NCBI GenBank assembly: GCA_964016885.1
Contig: OZ024746.1
Location: 76,508,001-76,572,000, forward strand
Direction of reading: 5' to 3'
Source of the DNA: Eledone cirrhosa
Lineage: Eukaryota
DNA: 64,000 nucleotides
The notes under the pieces were generated by a model. The model did not search any database. It was not told the DNA's origin and saw only the letters and a list, made by a program, of their open reading frames with translations. The position numbers and the translations under genes are program-made. Every line of letters starts with the position of its first letter. Position 1 is the first letter of the stretch. Positions 55,185-64,000 of this stretch are shown here, one piece after another.

Positions 55185-58100
55185 CTACAATAAGATATAT
55201 AGTTAATGTGATTAAATACAATACAAATGTGGTTACCCTAAAGTAAAGTAATAATGTTTCAAATAATTAAATAGCATAAGTTGAAATATACCCTGTACTG
55301 CATGAGACTACATTAAAATGACAAAATAGCACTGTGACTGCATCACATTAAAAATTAAAGTCTTTAGTTTACTGCAAATTTTCATAATCTGTTCACTCGC
55401 AAAGATACTATAAATTTGAAATAATGCGATTTTAAAATATTTTCAGGATATTAAGAATTAAAGGATGCAACTTAGTGATTTTTTTTAAAGGCTAAGTCAG
55501 AGGAAGAGCAATGCCTATGGCCTTTTGAAGTGCCTTGGGAACTATTAGAGTAAAATGGTGGGGAAGGTGAGAAAACACAACTCATAGACTATTCTCTGAT
55601 TAGAGGCAGGTCTCAATTCTTGAAACAGTGAACTTTACTAAAAGTACTGAAAGACCACAGAGTTGAAGAGCACATTTTATAGACATGATTTATAGACAAT
55701 TTTTTTTTTTAAGGTATACCTGAAATACATATAATAGATTAAACTGATGACTTGTCAAAAACTGTTTAGTTTCATATACCATATATACTTGTAGATATAG
55801 TTGCAATTTTATTTTAATATAAAAAAATGAGCATGAAAAGTTTCATGCGATTTATCTACCAAACCTTGCTCTGAGCTTGAAATATTAAGCCTCTGACACC
55901 AACCTGCCCCAAATCACCTACGGTTCTAAGAAGCAGAAACCCCCATTTTATAGGGTTTTTATTTAGATTAAAATCTTCCAGCATACTTTGACATAAAAAC
56001 CTTTTGTTAAATTACTTTACAAATACCATCTCAATAATGAAGTAATTCATAATTTTAGTAAATCCCTCCCCAATTCTCCATAGAGTGTATTTCATTAGAA
56101 ATATAGTCATGAAACAGTTAAACAAGGAATGTGACATTACTGCTGTGACTTATATACAAGTATATGTGGTATCAATTAGTTTTAGTATTTTCAAAACAAT
56201 TTAGAATTTGAAAACATGAAACAAGTTGTTAAAATGAAATAAAGCAGAAAAACAAATTTTATATTAATGAATTAATGGTTAATATTAAATAATAGAAAAT
56301 AATTAATGTACAAAGTACCTAAAAGTACCCATTATGTTAAAAAAAAAGAAGTTAAACAAGAAATTTTACTACAAATTGTATTAATGAGTCCCAAAGGCAA
56401 AGTTGACCTCAGAATACAAAGAATGTAATAATACTACCAGTCAGTCACTTTAGACTAGTTCATTATTTACTGATCTGAAAGGATGAAAATCAAAGTTGAC
56501 CTCAGTGGATTTGAACTCAAAATGCAGAGCCAGAATAAGTGCTATAAAGAATTTTGTCCAGCACTTTAATGCTTCTTCTAATTTGCTGCCATATAAATAT
56601 AGTACAGTGACAAAATTTGTAATATTTGTCCCTTGCTTAAAACTTAAGATATATGTGAATATGTATGCATATACTAACAAACAGTAATAATTGTTTCTAC
56701 TTTTGGCACAAGGCCAGCAATTATCCCAGTGCATTACTGGTACTTCATTTTATCGACCCCGTAAGGATGAAAGGCAAAGTTAACTTCGGCGGGATTTGAA
56801 CTCAGATCATAAAGGGAGGTAACTATGCTTCAATGCATAGCGCCCGACCCTCTACTGATACTGCCAATCCACCAAAACAGTAATAATACAAATCAACCAA
56901 TGAAAGGTTGTCACCTTATTTTGTTTATTCTGTCTCTTTGAAGTGCAAAACCACAGGTAGATATTGCCTTATGGCAAGAATTGTAAAAGCATCACCCCAG
57001 AGGATAGTGAGGAAGGTGCAATGAAAGAGCCAGTGCAATTCATGGTGATCCCATGCTTTGGGACTTTAAAAATCCATCTAAAATACACACAAACTTATAA
57101 CAGCAACTAGACTATTTAATGTTCAGTTACTACTCATAATTAAATCATCAGTAACTATTGATTACGATGTGAAAAGCAATTCATCTTATAAAATAAAATG
57201 ACTCTACAACTAAATTTAAACTGTCAAAAAGTTTGGAGAAGAAATTGCTTTCATAAAAAGATGAATGACTGAATAAATAGAAATAAGCTCTGAAGAAAAT
57301 AGAAGTTTTGTGTAAATATAAATCTTAATAAAATATTTCACACAGACTGACTGGGGTTGCATCTAGAAAGTTCCTTTCCAAGGCACAATCATGGGCAAGG
57401 TGAAGTGTGGAAGGTCAATGTTGTCCAAGGGAAAAACATAAGCTGATATAGCTTAGCACTTGTGTTATTGCAACTCATTTTTATCAGCTGAGTGAAACTG
57501 AAGCAGCATGAAATACAGTGTCTTGCTCAAGGACACAATCCACTGCACAGTTCAAGAATCAAACTCATAACTTTACTACCATGAACTCCCAATACTTTAA
57601 CCACTAAGCCGCGTGCCTTCACTTGCAAAAGAAATAATTAGACAAAAATGGAAGATCAATTCTTAAAAAATGGAATGTGGTAAATACAATGTAGTAAAAA
57701 TAGCTTTGTACTACATATATCATTAACCTAAAGAAAAGGAAACACTTCAGTTCAAATGTGGATCTGTTATAAAAAAAGAAAAAAAGAATAATCTTAAGCT
57801 GAAATAGTTATTTAACCCATTTGATACCAACCCAGCCAAAACTATTCTTTTTAAAGGCTTCCTGTAATTCATATAAGAACTTTTTGTTAAGTTACTATCT
57901 TAGAAATGAAATTTTAGTAAAAGCTCCCAGACCAGATCCATGTTAACCAGGTCTTCTTCCACAGACATCTGCCAGTGTTGACAGGTCTGCTTTGCAACCT
58001 ACACCCCACTTCTGGCTAACCCCTTCCTGCCACTATAAAAATATTTTAGACTAATTTTTCAAAGTATGTTTCTGAAAACAACCAATTGCCTTCATTTTTT

Positions 58101-59160
58101 TTTTCTGTTTAATGCTGACAAAATTACACTTAGTCAACATAATCATATCTAGACACCCAGTTTACTCTGTAAAGTGGTAGAGCTGATGCAACAATAAATG
58201 CACCCAGTACACTCTGTAAAAAGTTGGGGATTAGGACAGGCATCCAGCCAAAGAAACAATGCCAAATATGGAATGTATGAGCAAGGTAAGGTCTATCCAC
58301 CAGCTCTAGTCTCGGACTATATGACAACCCATGATGATGACAATAAAATTAGAAAGAATAATTAACAAAAGGGTAAGGATTCTAAAATAATAGTTCATGG
58401 GTTCAATGTTGCCCTCAGTGTTTACTGAAAGAAAGCAAATAGAATACATCAATGAGATCAAACTTCTTGATATTTACATAGTGAACATAAATTAGTGGTA
58501 TCCAATAACAGATACTATTAGGAATGATGTCCTACAAATAATATCTTACTATAGCATTGGTTATAAAGACACTGTTAGAAGAATTAGTAATTGATTAAAT
58601 ATTTAGTAAACTACAACCATCACTCTCAATCAAATATGACCTGGTAGTGTGTACCATGCTTTTGCTAAGGGTTTTAAGGTGCTCATGCAATCATGAGCAG
58701 ACACAGACACCCTCTCGACCCTCTCTCCAGCAAAACATCAAAGATCTGACGAATAGGAGTGAAGGCTGCACCAGCACTGGACAGGTATATCTTTCTTTAT
58801 CGACCCCAAAAGGATGAAAGGCAAAGTGGACTTCAGCAAGATTTGAACTCAGAATGAAAGAGCCTGGAATAAATATCCAACTCTTTAACAACTCTGCCAA
58901 ATCAACCTTCTAAATGTTTAGTATTATCTAAAAATAAAATATATCTGAGAAATATAAGGTTAACAAAAAAACTTATATATACAAGGATTAATATGTGTAA
59001 GTAAGAAGTTAATCCAATGAAAAAAACAAATTTAAAAAATATACATGTGAGTTTTTGATGAGTCTGTTAAAAGCAGGATTAGGCTAGTTGCTAAGAGATC
59101 TCTGTTGCAAAGATATTCAAGTTTCAAATATTAACATTAACAGCAAGTGAATACAGCTAC

Positions 59161-59283
59161 CTTTAGCTTCTGACTGCGGTGGAGAGATGATTTTCGATTC
59201 AGATTTGGGCGAACTGTTATTGCCTTCAGCTTCTCCATCAGCTGAGGTGGATACAGGTAATGGTTCTGAGTCATCAGCATCCT
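59161..59283 (-). CDS. lin-10: lin-10/X11 coding exon (DADDSEPLPVSTSADGEAEGNNSSPKSESKIISPPQSEAK)
   Basis: cttattcctctactatttccag acceptor, AAG|gtagct donor, 123 nt, phase 1-1. Locally high GC with coding-like composition. Confidence 0.75.
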
Positions 59284-62200
59284 CTGGAAATAGTAGAGGA
59301 ATAAGAAGCAGGTGAAAGCTTCTTTCCAGTCAAAGTCAGCAAATGGGGTCCCAGGCTGAATATACTTTGACCATAGCCATGACTACAAAAAAGCATTTCT
59401 AACATATCATGCAGCTAGCAGCAAACAGAGGAGCAATGCTGCTGTTTATATCTGCTCCAAGAGACTGACCACAATACCACTGATAATAAGCCAAGCAGAA
59501 GAAAGCGATTCACTGCCATGCACAGAACTGGTACCAATATAAAGAGGTATTCAATAAATTAATCAACCAACCAAAATACTCTCCCTAAAATGAACGAACT
59601 TATTGCTTTGATGACAAAAATCATATATATATATATTATATATCTATATATATATCATATATACATATCATATATACATATATACATACACACATACATA
59701 CACACTTAAAAGCTAAATCATTTCCACATATGGCAACATCAGTTACTGACAAATACAATTTTCATGCAATGTACTTATTTCTTTCAGAAAACAACAATAT
59801 AGATTTCAGTCTGTAAGTTAAAAAAATGATTAAGATATATTTATTACAAAAACATTAAACAAAAGGTACCAGAACAAGTATATAAAGCATCCTCAATATA
59901 ACACTTAAATAATATAGTAATTACAAACAATTTTGCTTTATGATTTTAAGAAAGATTCTTGGAAATTTACATTTCATGACTCACCACAGGTTTGCACATG
60001 AAAAGTTTCTCTCCAAGGCACAAACCCAGGCAAGTTATTTTGTAGGAAGAATAGCAGTTGTCCATGCATGCCAGTCACCCCACCCCATGTCACGAATGTT
60101 GTCCAAAGGTAAGGAAAAGGCTGATACAGCTTAGTACCAGTGTCATTGCAACCCATTTTTACCAGCTGAGTGGACTGAAGCAATGTGAAATAAAGCGTCT
60201 TGCTCAAAGACACTATGCACTATTCAGTAGGGGAATCAAACTCATGACCTTACAACCATGAGCCCAACATCCTGACTACTAAGCCAAGCGCCTTCTCATA
60301 GATTTAATGAATGTGTTATATTACATAATATTGTTAAAACATTATTTTAACTACTAAATAATAGCATTTCTATTTTCAATAAGAGTTTGGATAAAAAAAG
60401 ATTTTATGCCCAAGGCAAAGTAACATCATTTAAGATGCAAGGTTATATTATTGAGCCAAATCAGTGGTCACTTGAATAGCTAGACTAGTGATGGTTGGCA
60501 TCAACAAGTATCAGTTTGGGATTAAAAACTTAAGTGATGTATGCTGTTGTGCACTAATATAAAAGTGATACCAACATTTTGAGCAGTGCTCTCCAATGAA
60601 AGACATCAGTATAAAGTTAGTCTCTACTTCATTTAACAGCACAACTACATCACATCAATTTTTATACTAGGCAAAAAGTGTTTAATCTCTTTTGGAAATA
60701 TGATGGATTCTTCATGGATTTTGATCATGATATATCTAACAAGTTTTCATCTACTCAATTTCTTCACTCACAAAGATTAGGTCAACACTTGCCTAAGATG
60801 CCATGTTATAATTGAACATGGGACTTCATAATTGTGTAGTGAATATCTTAACCATTCAGTCATACCTGTGTCCACCTTATAGATAGATGAATGGGTGTGT
60901 GAGCTAGACTACTATTACAAAGGTAATTAATATTGCACTATATTAACAGTTCCTAACCTGATGTTTGTAGACCTCTTGGGGTCTGTAAAGGTAGTACTGA
61001 GGTTCTGTGAACTAAGTTCAAAATTGTTAGTACTTAATTGAAAATATAATATGCATATGCCAATGAGTATCCATTCTTCTCTAAGTATAAATATTTCTCT
61101 TTAAATTGTTGTTCTCATTGTACAACAATATGGAAGGGGGAATCTATTTGAAAATCATTTAAACAAAAGGGATCATTAGTAATGAAAAGGTTTGGAACTA
61201 TTGCAGTATATCCTTAAGCAAGACATTATTTGCCTCAGTGAACTGTGCTGAAAGCAGAACAAGTTTTCTGTTTAAAATTGGATAGTTTAATGTACTAAGT
61301 ACATCCTGTAAATTCAAATATCTAAATTTGTAGAAATATCCAACCACTTCTTAAAAATTGATTTTAAATGATTTTTTTTTTAAATGCATATTTCAAACTA
61401 TAGATTATATCATCACAAAACTTTAATAAACAACTACTTTCAACAAAATCAAAGCTCTGTTCCAGCCATATATAATACTTAAGTGACAATCAAAAACATT
61501 TTTTTAAAAGAAACATGCAAAGTACACCAAAACTAGCAATTGAACAAATGAAAACATACAATGACTTAAGTCACAAAATAAACAACCAATCCTGAATAAA
61601 AATATAAAGGTTTTAGAGGAAAAAAATTTAAATGAATAATTTCATTTCATTTCATTTCAGAGAGAAACTATATCATTATGAACAACAAAAATTGGGAATT
61701 AATTGAACATAATTTTAATTATTTCAATTGTTGAACCCTTTTGATACCAGCCTGTTTGAAACCACTTATAATTTTATAAGAAACTTTGAATTGTGAAGTG
61801 CTTATATTTAAAATTTCCGTCATAATTTAAAATAAGAACATTTTGTTATGACATGCTCTAAACACTATCTTAATAATGAAATGGTCAGTTCTATTACGAA
61901 ATCCTTCCAAATTTTTACTTTCAAAATTTACTGTAACAGATGTATAGTGTATTTCTTTCAAAATATGGTAACAAAAGGGTTAACAAGTCAAGGTGCATAA
62001 TAAATATAAAACATATAACAAATAATATTTTAAATAAATATGTAAACTAATAATTGTATCATCTTATGCATTCACAATTTATAAACAGGCACATTTTCTT
62101 CGCAACCATGTGATTCTGGGTTTAATCCTGCCGTGTGGTACACTGGGCAAGTGATTTCTATTACAGCATTGGGTGGATTATATCCTTGTGAGATGAATTT

Positions 62201-63131
62201 GGTAAATAAACTGTGGAAGTTTGTCATATATATGTGGGTGTGTGTGTTTACTCCTGTAACTTAGCAGGTCAACAAAAAAGAAATTGATAAAATAAACAAC
62301 ACTTGAAAAAAGAAATGCTAGGGTCAATATGATAGATTAAATCAAAGCAGCGCCCCAATATAGCCATAATCTAATGACTAAAACAAGTAAAAGAATAAAA
62401 GAAAATTTCTTGGGAATCAATTCAATATTGATAGGAATAGCTAACAGCTCTCAGCTGTTACTTATCAAGTCCTCAGTGGTTTGAATTTTAAAAAAAAATA
62501 ACTCACTGGAAGTAGTAGGTGAATTCTGATAACTAGTGATGTATAATTAGTGCTGGATATAGATGCTGGGTCAGCACTACCATTAGGTCAATTAGACAAT
62601 CCCTAGTGTGTAGACTTCAGAGAGATGCATTACTGAACCTTAAAAGATTACAGTTTTATAAAAGTTTCTGTAGTCAAATTGAATATATAATTTCTAGTGA
62701 TCAATAAATAAATCACTAAACATTCTTTGCTGCATAGCAACAGTGTGGAAATATCCAAAGTACTGGAGAGGGTCGTATGGTGTTGGCTTGTAACAGGACT
62801 GGGAATGGATGAATGTGGACTATGTAGTGGAAAATACATGCTTAGTATTTTTTTTTTTAGTGTGGTCAAGGCAAGAAATGTCAAAAACTTGGCCTGCCAG
62901 ATTGCCTAACTGTAAGTTGAAATTATTTTATTTAAAAGAATGTGGTGTGCATTTTAAGACTAGCTTAGAATGCTGGCCTCGGGTAGATGTAAGAAGTGAC
63001 TATGATGCAAACAAGATGGAAGAATTCAGAAAATTGCTGCCTCTCTTAGCATATATAATTTTAAAAAATAAAAATAAAAATAAATAAAAAAGTTTTCGAA
63101 AAGCAGACCAAATGAGGCATGCACATAAATG

Positions 63132-63164
<33 letters not shown>

Positions 63165-63404
63165 TTTTTAGAATCGCTGAAGGATAAGAAGTTTGAGAAT
63201 TTGAAAGAAGCATCAACATTGTTTGACTATGAAAAATAGTCTAAGTTGAGCATATAAGCCCTGAACACGAACAACATTTTGTAGAGCACCAGTACTGTAC
63301 AAAATATTTTCCATATTCAAGGTTCATGTGGCCAACTTAGATTATTTTTTTATGGTCAAACAATGATGATGCTTCTTTCTAATTCTCAAATATATTATAC
63401 AGCC

Positions 63405-63810
63405 TATTCCTCCACATAGTGGTACCATCCAGCACCAGGCTCCCAAACTGTGGTTCGACACCTGCCCCTTCTCATAATGGTGTTGGGGGCCCAAAACTAT
63501 GGTAATGTTGTGAGGTCGGTTTGGCGTGGGCAACTGGCCTACCCCTCCTTATAATGGTACCATCCAATACCGGGCCCCAAAACTATGGCTACAGTGTAAG
63601 ATGGGTTAAGTTCCCCATATCGGTGCCATCCAATACCAGGCCCCAAAACTATGGCTACGATGTAAGATGGGTTAAGTTCCCCATATCGGTGCCATCCAGT
63701 ACCGGGCTCCAAAACTATGTCTCCACTGTAAGATGGGTTCAGGCTCCCAAACTATTGTTCCACGGGTTTCGCGCAGCCAACTGGCCCGTCCTTCATAATG
63801 GAGCCATCTA
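63405..63810. repeat. 66-bp GC-rich minisatellite (about 3 units) with degenerate flanking subunits
   Basis: catcc anchors at 63561, 63627 and 63693. Explains the 22-aa repeats in ORF 63521..63811. Confidence 0.85.
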
Positions 63811-64000
63811 GTTCCACACTGTAAATGTGGTTGGTGTTAGGAAGGGCATCCAACCAAATTTACAGTCCTTGTCGGAGCAAGGTACGGCGTGGCCAACTCT
63901 GGCCAAACGACCTGTCTAATCCATGCAGGCAAGGAAAAATGGATGCTAAACAGTGATGATCACACGCACACACCCACACAGTGAATGTAGGTATTTACAA

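Noticed and set aside
63521-63811. 96-aa ORF with 22-aa repeats; CRISPR-like periodicity
   Set aside because: A simple 66-bp tandem repeat without unique spacers, in eukaryotic intron context with no splice support.

Overview
AT-rich, repeat-dense eukaryotic genomic DNA. The SINE/LINE families and microsatellite load point to an octopus/cephalopod genome (inference). The whole window lies inside one large minus-strand gene, an X11/Mint/LIN-10 (APBA) PTB-PDZ adaptor orthologue whose 5' and 3' ends lie outside the window. Seven phase-compatible core exons were traced by hand (59283-59161, 55184-55101, 48617-48261, 39931/39994-39857, 34753-34644, 24489-24459, 17244-17093). There are also candidate frame-preserving cassette exons: 6 nt and 45 nt at the PTB insertion site after ...GRIK, and 12 nt upstream. 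The introns contain tRNA-head SINEs, CR1, RTE and L1/Tx1 LINE fragments, a decayed Naiad-like Penelope element, several MITE families and microsatellites. The most unusual signal is a set of short cassettes flanked by (TA)n that carry minimal type-I hammerhead ribozyme folds, including U3-A8 covariant cores. Many sit in or form 37-125 bp inverted repeats, and some fold-backs are centred on ribozyme stem II. Two repeat families also show a strong strand bias. All calls were made by eye without database searches. Most ORFs in the supplied track are repeat-derived noise.
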